A stretch of DNA of 64,000 nt from NCBI GenBank assembly GCA_964247055.1, contig OZ176050.1:1674001-1738000 (forward strand). Direction: 5' to 3'. The stretch comes from Paragordius varius. Its lineage: Eukaryota; Animalia; Nematomorpha. The notes under the pieces are model-generated. The model was not told the DNA's origin. It worked only from the letters and a program-made list of their open reading frames with translations, and made no database searches. The stretch's first letter is position 1, and every line of letters begins with the position of its first letter. This document shows, one piece after another, positions 39,171-53,400 of the stretch. Position numbers and translations under genes: made by a program.

Positions 39171-42100
39171 TAGTTTCACAAACTCTTTCATATTCGATTT
39201 TTACAACGATACTTTATAAATTAATGTATTAAACTAGTCGCATCAATACTCAAATTAAACTTTGTCCTTAAAAATCGATATTGGTCACCGGTGAACAAAA
39301 TTATTTTTTATATATTCTCTTTGTAGGACTACATCAAAATATAGAGATAGTTTGGCAAACTCTTTCATATCCGATTTTTACAACGATACTTTAAAAATTA
39401 ATGTATAAAACTAGTCGCATCAATACTCATGTTAAACTTTGTCCTTAAAAATCGAATATTGGTCACCGGTGAACAAAATTATTTTTTATACATTCTCTTA
39501 GCAAGACTAGATCAAAATATAGAGATAGTTTGACAAACTCTTTCATATCTGATTTTTACAACGATACTTTAAAAATTAATGTGTTAAACTAGTTGCATCA
39601 ATACTCAAGTTAAATTTTGTCCTTAAAAATCGGATATTGGTCACCGGTGAACAAAATTATTTTTTATACATTCTCTTAGTAAGACTACATCAAAATATAA
39701 AGATAGTTTGACAAACTCTTTCATATCCGATTTTTACAACGATACTTTAAAAATTAATGTATAAAACTAGTCGCATCAATACTCAAGTTAAACTTTGTCC
39801 TTAAAAATCGGATATTGGTCACCGGTGAACAAAATTATTTTTTATACATTCTCTTAGCAAGACTACATCAAAATATAGAGATAGTTTGACAAACTCTTTC
39901 ATATCCGATTTTTACAACGATACTTTAAAAATTAATGTATAAAACTAGTCGTATCAATAAATCGCATCAATACTCAAGTTAAACTTTGTCCTTAAAAATC
40001 GGATATTGGTCACCGGTGAACAAAATTATTTTTTATACATTCTCTTAGTAGGACTACATCAAAATATAGAGATAGTTTGGCAAACTCTTTCATATCCGAT
40101 TTTTACAATGATACTTTAAAAATTAATGTATAAAACTAGTCGCATCAATACTCAAGTTAAACTTTGTCCTTAAAAATCGAATATTGGTCACCGGTGAACA
40201 AAATTATTTTTTATACATTCTCTTAGCAAGACTACATCAAAATATAGAGATAGTTTGCCAAACTCTTTCATATCCGATTTTTACAACGATACTTTAAAAA
40301 TTAATGTATAAAACTAGTTGTATCAATAAATCGCATCAATACTCAAGTTAAACTTTGTCCTTAAAAATCGGATATTGGTCACCGGTGAACAAAACTATTT
40401 TTTATACATTCTCTTAGTAGGACTACATCAAAATATAGAGATAGTTTGGCAAAATCTTTCATATCCGATTTTTACAACGATACTTTAAAAATTATGGTAT
40501 TAAACCTGTCGCATCAATACTCAAGTTAAACTTTGTCCTTCAAAATCGGATATTGGTCACCGGTGAACAAAACTATTTTTTATACATTCTCTTAGTAAGA
40601 CTACATCAAAATATAGAGATAGTTTGACAAACTATTTCATATCCGATTTTTACAACGATATTTAAAAATTAATGTATCAAACTAGTCGTATCAATAAATC
40701 GCATCAATACTCAAGTTAAACTTTGTCCTTAAAAATCGGATATTGGTCACCGGTGAACAAAATTATTTTTTATACATTCTCTTAGCAAGACTACATCAAA
40801 ATATAATAGTTTGACAAACTCTTTCATATTCGATTTTTACAACGATACTTTATAAATTAATGTATTAAACTAGTCGCATCAATACTCAAATTAAACTTTG
40901 TCCTTAAAAATCGATATTGGTCACCGGTGATCAAAATTATTTTTTATATATTCTCTTTGTAGGACTACATCAAAATATAGAGATAGTTTGGCAAACTCTT
41001 TCATATCCGATTTTTACAACGATACTTTAAAAATTAATGTATAAAACTAGTCGCATCAATACTCATGTTAAACTTTGTCCTTAAAAATCGAATATTGGTC
41101 ACCGGTGAACAAAATTATTTTTTATACATTCTCTTAGCAAGACTAGATCAAAATATAGAGATAGTTTGACAAACTCTTTCATATCTGATTTTTACAACGA
41201 TACTTTAAAAATTAATGTGTTAAACTAGTTGCATCAATACTCAAGTTAAATTTTGTCCTTAAAAATCGGATATTGGTCACCGGTGAACAAAATTATTTTT
41301 TATACATTCTCTTAGTAAGACTACATCAAAATATAAAGATAGTTTGACAAACTCTTTCATATCCGATTTTTACAACGATACTTTAAAAATTAATGTATAA
41401 AACTAGTCGCATCAATACTCAAGTTAAACTTTGTCCTTAAAAATCGGATATTGGTCACCGGTGAACAAAATTATTTTTTATACATTCTCTTAGCAAGACT
41501 ACATCAAAATATAGAGATAGTTTGACAAACTCTTTCATATCCGATTTTTACAACGATACTTTAAAAATTAATGTATAAAACTAGTCGTATCAATAAATCG
41601 CATCAATACTCAAGTTAAACTTTGTCCTTAAAAATCGGATATTGGTCACCGGTGAACAAAATTATTTTTTATACATTCTCTTAGTAGGACTACATCAAAA
41701 TATAGAGATAGTTTGGCAAACTCTTTCATATCCGATTTTTACAATGATACTTTAAAAATTAATGTATAAAACTAGTCGCATCAATACTCAAGTTAAACTT
41801 TGTCCTTAAAAATCGAATATTGGTCACCGGTGAACAAAATTATTTTTTATACATTCTCTTAGCAAGACTACATCAAAATATAGAGATAGTTTGCCAAACT
41901 CTTTCATATCCGATTTTTACAACGATACTTTAAAAATTAATGTATAAAACTAGTTGTATCAATAAATCGCATCAATACTCAAGTTAAACTTTGTCCTTAA
42001 AAATCGGATATTGGTCACCGGTGAACAAAACTATTTTTTATACATTCTCTTAGTAGGACTACATCAAAATATAGAGATAGTTTGGCAAAATCTTTCATAT

Positions 42101-43900
42101 CCGATTTTTACAACGATACTTTAAAAATTATGGTATTAAACCTGTCGCATCAATACTCAAGTTAAACTTTGTCCTTCAAAATCGGATATTGGTCACCGGT
42201 GAACAAAACTATTTTTTATACATTCTCTTAGTAAGACTACATCAAAATATAGAGATAGTTTGACAAACTATTTCATATCCGATTTTTACAACGATATTTA
42301 AAAATTAATGTATCAAACTAGTCGTATCAATAAATCGCATCAATACTCAAGTTAAACTTTGTCCTTAAAAATCGGATATTGGTCACCGGTGAACAAAATT
42401 ATTTTTTATACATTCTCTTAGCAAGACTACATCAAAATATAATAGTTTGACAAACTCTTTCATATTCGATTTTTACAACGATACTTTATAAATTAATGTA
42501 TTAAACTAGTCGCATCAATACTCAAATTAAACTTTGTCCTTAAAAATCGATATTGGTCACCGGTGATCAAAATTATTTTTTATATATTCTCTTTGTAGGA
42601 CTACATCAAAATATAGAGATAGTTTGGCAAACTCTTTCATATCCGATTTTTACAACGATACTTTAAAAATTAATGTATAAAACTAGTCGCATCAATACTC
42701 ATGTTAAACTTTGTCCTTAAAAATCGAATATTGGTCACCGGTGAACAAAATTATTTTTTATACATTCTCTTAGCAAGACTAGATCAAAATATAGAGATAG
42801 TTTGACAAACTCTTTCATATCTGATTTTTACAACGATACTTTAAAAATTAATGTGTTAAACTAGTTGCATCAATACTCAAGTTAAATTTTGTCCTTAAAA
42901 ATCGGATATTGGTCACCGGTGAACAAAATTATTTTTTATACATTCTCTTAGCAAGACTACATCAAAATATAGAGATAGTTTGACAAACTCTTTCATATCC
43001 GATTTTTACAACGATACTTTAAAAATTAATGTATAAAACTAGTCGTATCAATAAATCGCATCAATACTCAAGTTAAACTTTGTCCTTAAAATTCGGATAT
43101 TGGTCACCGGTGAACAAAATTATTTTTTATACATTCTCTTAGTAGGACTACATCAAAATATAGAGATAGTTTGGCAAACTCTTTCATATCCGATTTTTAC
43201 AATGATACTTTAAAAATTAATGTATAAAACTAGTCGCATCAATACTCAAGTTAAACTTTGTCCTTAAAAATCGAATATTGGTCACCGGTGAACAAAATTA
43301 TTTTTTATACATTCTCTTAGCAAGACTACATCAAAATATAGAGATAGTTTGACAAACTCTTTCATATCCGATTTTTACAACGATACTTTAAAAATTAATG
43401 TATAAAACTAGTTGTATCAATAAATCGCATCAATACTCAAGTTAAACTTTGTCCTAAAAAATCGGATATTGGTCACCGGTGAACAAAACTATTTTTTATA
43501 CATTCTCTTAGTAGGACTACATCAAAATATAGAGATAGTTTGGCAAAATCTTTCATATCCGATTTTTACAACGATACTTTAAAAATTATGGTATTAAACC
43601 TGTCGCATCAATACTCAAGTTAAACTTTGTCCTTCAAAATCGGATATTGGTCACCGGTGAACAAAACTATTTTTTATACATTCTCTTAGTAAGACTACAT
43701 CAAAATATAGAGATAGTTTGACAAACTATTTCATATCCGATTTTTACAACGATATTTAAAAATTAATGTATCAAACTAGTCGTATCAATAAATCGCATCA
43801 ATACTCAAGTTAAACTTTGTCCTTAAAAATCGGATATTGGTCACCGGTGAACAAAATTATTTTTTATACATTCTCTTAGTAGGACTACATCAAAATATAG
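39171..43900 (+). repeat. Tandem 9-mer higher-order repeat, 1636 bp x~3 (third copy is an 8-mer)
   Basis: AATATAATAGTTT junction deletion at 39171, 40807 and 42443. TATGGTATT at 40496, 42132 and 43590 (spacings 1636 and 1458 = 1636-178). Confidence 0.92.
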
Positions 43901-46900
43901 AGATAGTTTGGCAAACTTTTTCATATCCGATTTTTACAACGATACTTTATAAATTAATGTATAAAACTAGTCGTATCAATAAGTCGCATCAATACTCAAG
44001 TTAAACTTTGTCCTTAAAAATCGGATATTGGTCACCGATGAACAAAATTATTTTTTAAACATTCTCTTAGTAGGACTACATCAAAATATAGAGATAGTTT
44101 GACAAACTCTTTCATATCCGATTTTTACAACGATACTTTAAAAATTAATGTATAAAACTAGTCGCATAAAACTCAAGTTAAACTTTGTCCTTAAAAATCG
44201 AATATTGGTCACCGGTGAACAAAATTATTTTTTATACATTCTCTTAGTAAGACTACATCAAAATATAGAGATAGTTTGACAAACTCTTTCATATCCGATT
44301 TTTACAACGATACTTTAAAAATTAATGTACTCAAGTTAAATTTTGTCCTTAAAAATCGGATATTGGTCACCGGTGAACAAAATTATTTTTTATACATTCT
44401 CTTAGTAAGACTACATCAAAATATAAAGATAGTTTGACAAACTCTTTCATATCCGATTTTTACAACGATACTTTAAAAATTAATGTATAAAAGTCGCATC
44501 AATACTCAAGTTAAACTTTGTCCTTAAATCGAATATTGTTCACCGGTGAACAAAATTATTTTTTATATATTCTCTTAGCAAGACTACATCAAAATATAGA
44601 GATAGTTTGACAAACTCTTTCATATCCGATTTTTACAACGATACTTTAAAAATTAATGTATAAAACTAGTCGCATAAAACTCAAGTTAAACTTTGTCCTT
44701 AAAAATCGAATATTGGTCACCGGTGAACAAAATTATTTTTTATACATTCTCTTAGTAAGACTACATCAAAATATAGAGATAGTTTGACAAACTCTTTCAT
44801 ATCCGATTTTTACAACGATACTTTAAAAATTAATGTGCTCAAGTTAAATTTTGTCCTTAAAAATCGGATATTGGTCACCGGTGAACAAAATTATTTTTTA
44901 TACATTCTCTTAGTAAGACTACATCAAAATATAAAGATAGTTTGACAAACTCTTTCATGTCCGATTTTTATTACGATACTTTAAAAATTAATGTATAAAA
45001 CTAGTCGCATCAATACTCAAGTTTAACTTTGTCCTTAAAAATCGGATATTGGTCACCGGTGAACAAAATTATTTTTTATACATTCTCTTAGCAAGACTAC
45101 ATCAAAATATAGAGATAGTTTGACAAACTCTTTCATATCCGATTTTTACAACGATACTTCAAAAATTAATGTATAAAACTAGTCGTATCAATAAATCGCA
45201 TCAATACTCAAGTTAAACTTTGTCCTTAAAAATCGGATATTGGTCACCGGTGAACAAAATTATTTTTTATACATTCTCTTAGTAGGACTACATCAAAATA
45301 TAGAGATAGTATGGCAAACTTTTTCATAATCGATTTTTACAACGATACTTTATAAATTAATGTATAAAACTAGTCGTATCAATAAGTCGCATCAATACTC
45401 AAGTTAAACTTTGTCCTTAAAAATCGGATATTGGTCACCGATGAACAAAATTATTTTTTATACATTCTCTTAGTAGGACTACATCAAAATATAGAGATAG
45501 TTTGACAAACTCTTTCATATCCGATTTTTACAACGATACTTTAAAAATTAATGTATAAAACTAGTCGCATAAAACTCAAGTTAAACTTTGTCCTTAAAAA
45601 TCGAATATTGGTCACCGGTGAACAAAATTATTTTTTATACATTCTCTTAGTAAGACTACATCAAAATATAGAGATAGTTTGACAAACTCTTTCATATCCG
45701 ATTTTTACAACGATACTTTAAAAATTAATGTACTCAAGTTAAATTTTGTCCTTAAAAATCGGATATTGGTCACCGGTGAACAAAATCATTTTTTATACAT
45801 TCTCTTAGTAAGACTACATCAAAATATAAAGATAGTTTGACAAACTCTTTCATATCCGATTTTTACAACGATACTTTTAAAATTAATGTATAAAAGTCGC
45901 ATCAATACTCAAGTTAAACTTTGTCCTTAAATCGAATATTGTTCACCGGTGAACAAAATTATTTTTTATATATTCTCTTAGCAAGACTACATCAAAATAT
46001 AGAGATAGTTTGACAAACTCTTTCATATCCGATTTTTACAACGATACTTTAAAAATTAATGTATAAAACTAGTCGCATAAAACTCAAGTTAAACTTTGTC
46101 CTTAAAAATCGAATATTGGTCACCGGTGAACAAAATTATTTTTTATACATTCTCTTAGTAAGACTACATCAAAATATAGAGATAGTTTGACAAACTCTTT
46201 CATATCCGATTTTTACAACGATACTTTAAAAATTAATGTGCTCAAGTTAAATTTTGTCCTTGAAAATCGGATATTGGTCACCGGTGAACAAAATTATTTT
46301 TTATACATTCTCTTAGTAAGACTACATCAAAATATAAAGATAGTTTGACAAACTCTTTCATATCCGATTTTTACAACGATACTTTAAAAATTAATGTATA
46401 AAACTAGTCGCATCAATACTCAAGTTAAACTTTGTCCTTAAAAATCGGATATTGGTCACCGGTGAACAAAATTATTTTTTATACATTCTCTTAGCAAGAC
46501 TACATCAAAATATAGAGATAGTTTGACAAACTCTTTCATATCCGATTTTTACAACGATACTTTAAAAATTAATGTATAAAACTAGTCGTATCAATAAATC
46601 GCATCAATACTCAAGTTAAACTTTGTCCTTAAAAATCGGATATTGGTCACCGGTGAACAAAATTATTTTTTATACATTCTCTTAGTAGGACTACATCAAA
46701 ATATAGAGATAGTTTGGCAAACTTTTTCATATCCGATTTTTACAACGATACTTTATAAATTAATGTATAAAACTAGTCGTATCAATAAGTCGCATCAATA
46801 CTCAAGTTAAACTTTGTCCTTAAAAATCGGATATTGGTCACCGATGAACAAAATTATTTTTTATACATTCTCTTAGTAGGACTACATCAAAATATAGAGA

Positions 46901-47100
46901 TAGTTTGACAAACTCTTTCATATCCGATTTTTACAACGATACTTTAAAAATTAATGTATAAAACTAGTCGCATAAAACTCAAGTTAAACTTTGTCCTTAA
47001 AAATCGAATATTGGTCACCGGTGAACAAAATTATTTTTTATACATTCTCTTAGTAAGACTACATCAAAATATAGAGATAGTTTGACAAACTCTTTCATAT
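43900..47100 (+). repeat. Tandem 8-mer higher-order repeat, 1403 bp x~2.3
   Basis: ACCGATGAA at 44038, 45441 and 46844; CCTTAAATCG at 44530 and 45933; monomer lengths sum to 1403. Confidence 0.92.
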
Positions 47101-48349
47101 CCGATTTTTACAACGATACTTTAAAAATTAATGTATAAAACTAGTCGTATCAATAAATCGCATCAATACTCAAGTTAAACTTTGTCCTTAAAAATCGGAT
47201 ATTGGTCACCGGTGAACAAAATTATTTTTTATACATTCTCTTAGTAGGACTACATCAAAATATAGAGATAGTTTGGCAAACTCTTTCATATCCGATTTTT
47301 ACAATGATACTTTAAAATATAATGTATAAAACTAGTCGCATCAATACTCAAGTTAAACTTTGTCCTTAAAAATCGAATATTGGTCACCGGTGAACAAAAT
47401 TATTTTTTATACATTCTCTTAGCAAGACTACATCAAAATATAGAGATAGTTTGACAAACTCTTTCATATCCGATTTTTACAACGATACTTTAAAAATTAA
47501 TGTATAAAACTAGTTGTATCAATAAATCGCATCAATACTCAAGTTAAACTTTGTCCTTAAAAATCGGATATTGGTCACCGGTGAACAAAACTATTTTTTA
47601 TACATTCTCTTAGTAGGACTACATCAAAATATAGAGATAGTTTGGCAAAATCTTTCATATCCGATTTTTACAACGATACTTTAAAAATTATGGTATTAAA
47701 CCTGTCGCATCAATACTCAAGTTAAACTTTGTCCTTAAAAATCGGATATTGGTCACCGGTGAACAAAATTATTTTTTATACATTCTCTTAGCAAGACTAC
47801 ATATAAATATAGAGATAGTTTGACAAACTCTTTCATATTCGATTTTTACAACGATACTTTATAAATTAATGTATTAAACTAGTCGCATCAATACTCAAAT
47901 TAAACTTTGTCCTTAAAAATCGATATTGGTCACCGGTGAACAAAATTATTTTTTATATATTCTCTTTGTAGGACTACATCAAAATATAGAGATAGTTTGG
48001 CAAACTCTTTCATATCCGATTTTTACAACGATACTTTAAAAATTAATGTATAAAACTAGTCGCATCAATACTCAAGTTAAACTTTGTCCTTAAAAATCGA
48101 ATATTGGTCACCGGTGAACAAAATTATTTTTTATACATTCTCTTAGCAAGACTAGATCAAAATATAGAGATAGTTTGACAAACTCTTTCATATCTGATTT
48201 TTACAACGATACTTTAAAAATTAATGTGTTAAACTAGTCGCATCAATACTCAAGTTAAACTTTGTCCTTAAAAATCGGATATTGGTCACCGGTGAACAAA
48301 ATTATTTTTTATACATTCTCTTAGCAAGACTACATCAAAATATAGAGAT

Positions 48350-50460
48350 AGTTTGACAAACTCTTTCATATCCGATTTTTACAACGATACTTTAAAAATT
48401 AATGTGTTAAACTAGTTGCATCAATACTCAAGTTAAACTTTGTCCTTAAAAATCGGATATTGGTCACCGGTGAACAAAATTATTTTTTATACATTCTCTT
48501 AGCAAGACTACATCAAAATATAGAGATAGTTTGACAAACTCTTTCATATCCGATTTTTACAACGATACTTTAAAAATTAATGTATAAAACTAGTCGTATC
48601 AATAAATCGCATCAATACTCAAGTTAAACTTTGTCCTTAAAATCGGATATTGGTCACCGGTGAACAAAATTATTTTTTATACATTCTCTTAGTAGGACTA
48701 CATCAAAATATAGAGATAGTTTGGCAAACTCTTTCATATCCGATTTTTACAATGATACTTTAAAAATTAATGTATAAAACTAGTCGCATCAATACTCAAG
48801 TTAAACTTTGTCCTTAAAAATCGAATATTGGTCACCGGTGAACAAAATTATTTTTTATACATTCTCTTAGTAAGACTACATCAAAATATAGAGATAGTTT
48901 GACAAACTCTTTCATATCCGATTTTTACAACGATACTTTAAAAATTAATGTACTCAAGTTAAATTTTGTCCTTAAAAATGGGATATTGGTCACCGGTGAA
49001 CAAAATTATTTTTTATACATTCTCTTAGTAAGACTACATCAAAATATAGAGATAGTTTGACAAACTCTTTCATATCCGATTTTTACAACGATACTTTAAA
49101 AATTAATGTATAAAAGTCGCATCAATACTCAAGTTAAACTTTGTCCTTAAAAATCGAATATTGTTCACCGGTGAACAAAATTATTTTTTATATATTCTCT
49201 TAGCAAGACTACATCAAAATATAGAGATAGTTTGACAAACTCTTTCATATCCGATTTTTACAACGATACTTTAAAAATTAATGTATAAAACTAGTCGCAT
49301 AAAACTCAAGTTAAACTTTGTCCTTAAAAATCGAATATTGGTCACCGGTGAACAAAATTATTTTTTATACATTCTCTTAGCAAGACTACATCAAAATATA
49401 GAGATAGTTTGACAAACTCTTTCATATCCGATTTTTACAACGATACTTTAAAAATTAATGTGTTAAACTAGTTGCATCAATACTCAAGTTAAACTTTGTC
49501 CTTAAAAATCGGATATTGGTCACCGGTGAACAAAATTATTTTTTATACATTCTCTTAGCAAGACTACATCAAAATATAGAGATAGTTTGACAAACTCTTT
49601 CATATCCGATTTTTACAACGATACTTTAAAAATTAATGTATAAAACTAGTCGTATCAATAAATCGCATCAATACTCAAGTTAAACTTTGTCCTTAAAAAT
49701 CGGATATTGGTCACCGGTGAACAAAATTATTTTTTATACATTCTCTTAGTAGGACTACATCAAAATATAGAGATAGTTTGGCAAACTCTTTCATATCCGA
49801 TTTTTACAATGATACTTTAAAAATTAATGTATAAAACTAGTCGCATCAATACTCAAGTTAAACTTTGTCCTTAAAAATCGAATATTGGTCACCGGTGAAC
49901 AAAATTATTTTTTATACATTCTCTTAGTAAGACTACATCAAAATATAGAGATAGTTTGACAAACTCTTTCATATCCGATTTTTACAACGATACTTTAAAA
50001 ATTAATGTACTCAAGTTAAATTTTGTCCTTAAAAATGGGATATTGGTCACCGGTGAACAAAATTATTTTTTATACATTCTCTTAGTAAGACTACATCAAA
50101 ATATAGAGATAGTTTGACAAACTCTTTCATATCCGATTTTTACAACGATACTTTAAAAATTAATGTATAAAAGTCGCATCAATACTCAAGTTAAACTTTG
50201 TCCTTAAAAATCGAATATTGTTCACCGGTGAACAAAATTATTTTTTATATATTCTCTTAGCAAGACTACATCAAAATATAGAGATAGTTTGACAAACTCT
50301 TTCATATCCGATTTTTACAACGATACTTTAAAAATTAATGTATAAAACTAGTCGCATAAAACTCAAGTTAAACTTTGTCCTTAAAAATCGAATATTGGTC
50401 ACCGGTGAACAAAATTATTTTTTATACATTCTCTTAGTAAGACTACATCAAAATATAGAG
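48350..50460 (+). repeat. Tandem 6-mer higher-order repeat, ~1057 bp x2
   Basis: AAATGGGA at 48980 and 50037; TATAAAAGTCG at 49116 and 50173. Confidence 0.88.
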
Positions 50461-53400
50461 ATAGTTTGACAAACTCTTTCATATCCGATTTTTACAACGA
50501 TACTTTAAAAATTAATGTACTCAAGTTAAATTTTGTCCTTAAAAATCGGATATTGGTCACCGGTGAACAAAATTATTTTTTATACATTCTCTTAGTAAGA
50601 CTACATCAAAATATAAAGATAGTTTGACAAACTCTTTCATATCCGATTTTTACAACGATACTTTAAAAATTAATGTATAAAACTAGTCGCATCAATACTC
50701 AAGTTAAACTTTGTCCTTAAAAATCGGATATTGGTCACCGGTGAAAAAAATTATTTTTTATACTTTCTCTTAGCAAGACTACATCAAAATATAGAGATAG
50801 TTTGACAAACACTTTCATATCCGATTTTTACAACGATACTTTAAAAATTAATGTATAAAACTAGTCGTATCAATAAATCGCATCAATACTCAAGTTAAAC
50901 TTTGTCCTTAAAAATCGGATATTGGTCACCGGTGAACAAAATTATTTTTTATACATTCTCTTAGTAGGACTACATCAAAATATAGAGATAGTTTGGCAAA
51001 CTCTTTCATATCCGATTTTTACAATGATACTTTAAAAATTAATGTATAAAACTAGTCGCATCAATCATCAAGTTAAACTTTGTCCTTAAAAATCGAATAT
51101 TGGTCACCGGTGAACAAAATTATTTTTTATACATTCTCTTAGCAAGACTACATCAAAATATAGAGATAGTTTGACAAACTCTTTCATATCCGATTTTTGA
51201 ACGATACTTTAAAAATTAATGTATAAAACTAGTTGTATCAATAAATCGCATCAATACTCAAGTTAAACTTTGTCCTTAAAAATCGGATATTGGTCACCGG
51301 TGAACAAAACTATTTTTTATACATTCTCTTAGTAGGACTACATCAAAATATAGAGATAGTTTGGCAAAATCTTTCATATCCGATTTTTACAACGATACTT
51401 TAAAAATTATGGTATTAAACCTGTCGCATCAATACTCAAGTTAAACTTTGTCCTTTAAAATCGGATATTGGTCACCGGTGAACAAAACTATTTTTTATAC
51501 ATTCTCTTAGTAAGACTACATCAAAATATAGAGATAGTTTGACAAACTATTTCATATCCGATTTTTACAACGATATTTAAAAATTAATGTATAAAACTAG
51601 TCGTATCAATAAATCGCATCAATACTCAAGTTAAACTTTGTCCTTAAAAATCGGATATTGGTCACCGGTGAACAAAATTATTTTTTATACATTCTCTTAG
51701 TAGGACTACATCAAAATATAGAGATAGTTTGGCAAACTTTTTCATAATCGATTTTTACAACGATACTTTAAAAATTAATGTATAAAACTAGTCGCATCAA
51801 TACTCAAGTTAAACTTTGTCCTTAAAAATTGGATATTGGTCACCGGTGAACAAAATTATTTTTTATATATTCTCTTAGCAAGACTACATCAAAATATAGA
51901 GATAGTTTGACAAACTCTTTCATATCCGATTTTTACAACGATACTTTAAAAATTAATGTATAAAACTAGTCGCATCAAAACTCAAGTTAAACTTTGTCCT
52001 TAAAAATCGGATATTGGTCACCGGTGAACAAAATTATTTTTTATACATTCTCTTAGCAAGACTACATCAAAATATAGAGATAGTTTGACAAACTATTTCA
52101 TATCCGATTTTAACAACGATACTTTAAAAATTAATGTATAAAACTAGTCGCATCAAAACTCAAGTTAAACTTTGTCCTTAAAAATCGAATATTGGTCACC
52201 GGTGAACAAAATTATTTTTTATACATTCTCTTAGTAAGACTACATCAAAATATAGAGAAAGTTTGACAAACTCTTTCATATCCGATTTTTACAACGATAC
52301 TTTAAAAATTAATGTACTCAAGTTAAATTTTGTCCTTAAAAATGGGATATTGGTCACCGGTGAACAAAATTATTTTTTATACATTCTCTTAGCAAGACTA
52401 CATCAAAATATAGAGATAGTTTGACAAACTATTTCATATCCGATTTTAACAACGATACTTTAAAAATTAATGTGTTAAACTAGTCGCATCAATACTCAAG
52501 TTAAACTTTGTCCTTAAAAATCGGATATTGGTCACCGGTGAACAAAATTATTTTTTATACATTGTCTTAGTAGGACTACATCAAAATATAGAGATAGTTT
52601 GGCAAACTCTTTCATATCCGATTTTTACAACGATACTTTATAAATTAATGTATAAAACTAGTCGTATCAATTAGTCGCATCAATACTCAAGTTAAATTTT
52701 GTCCTTAAAAATCGGATATTGGTCACCGGTGAACAAAATTATTTTTTATACATTCTCTTAGTAGGACTACATCAAAATATAGAGATAGTTTGGCACACTC
52801 TTTCATATCCGATTTTTACAATGATACTTTAAAATATAATGTATAAAACTAGTCGCATCAATACTCAAGTTAAACTTTGTCCTTAAAAATCGAATATTGG
52901 TCACCGGTGAACAAAATTATTTTTTATACATTCTCTTAGCAAGACTACATCAAAATATAGAGATAGTTTGACAAACTCTTTCATATCCGATTTTTACAAC
53001 GATACTTTAAAAATTAATGTATAAAACTAGTTGTATCAATAAATCGCATCAATACTCAAGTTAAACTTTGTCCTTAAAAATCGGATATTGGTCACCGGTG
53101 AACAAAACTATTTTTTATACATTCTCTTAGTAGGACTACATCAAAATATAGAGATAGTTTGGCAAAATCTTTCATATCCGATTTTTACAACGATACTTTA
53201 AAAATTATGGTATTAAACCTGTCGCATCAATACTCAAGTTAAACTTTGTCCTTAAAAATCGGATATTGGTCACCGGTGAACAAAATTATTTTTTATACAT
53301 TCTCTTAGCAAGACTACATCAAAATATAGAGATAGTTTGACAAACTCTTTCATATTCGATTTTTACAACGATACTTTATAAATTAATGTATTAAACTAGT

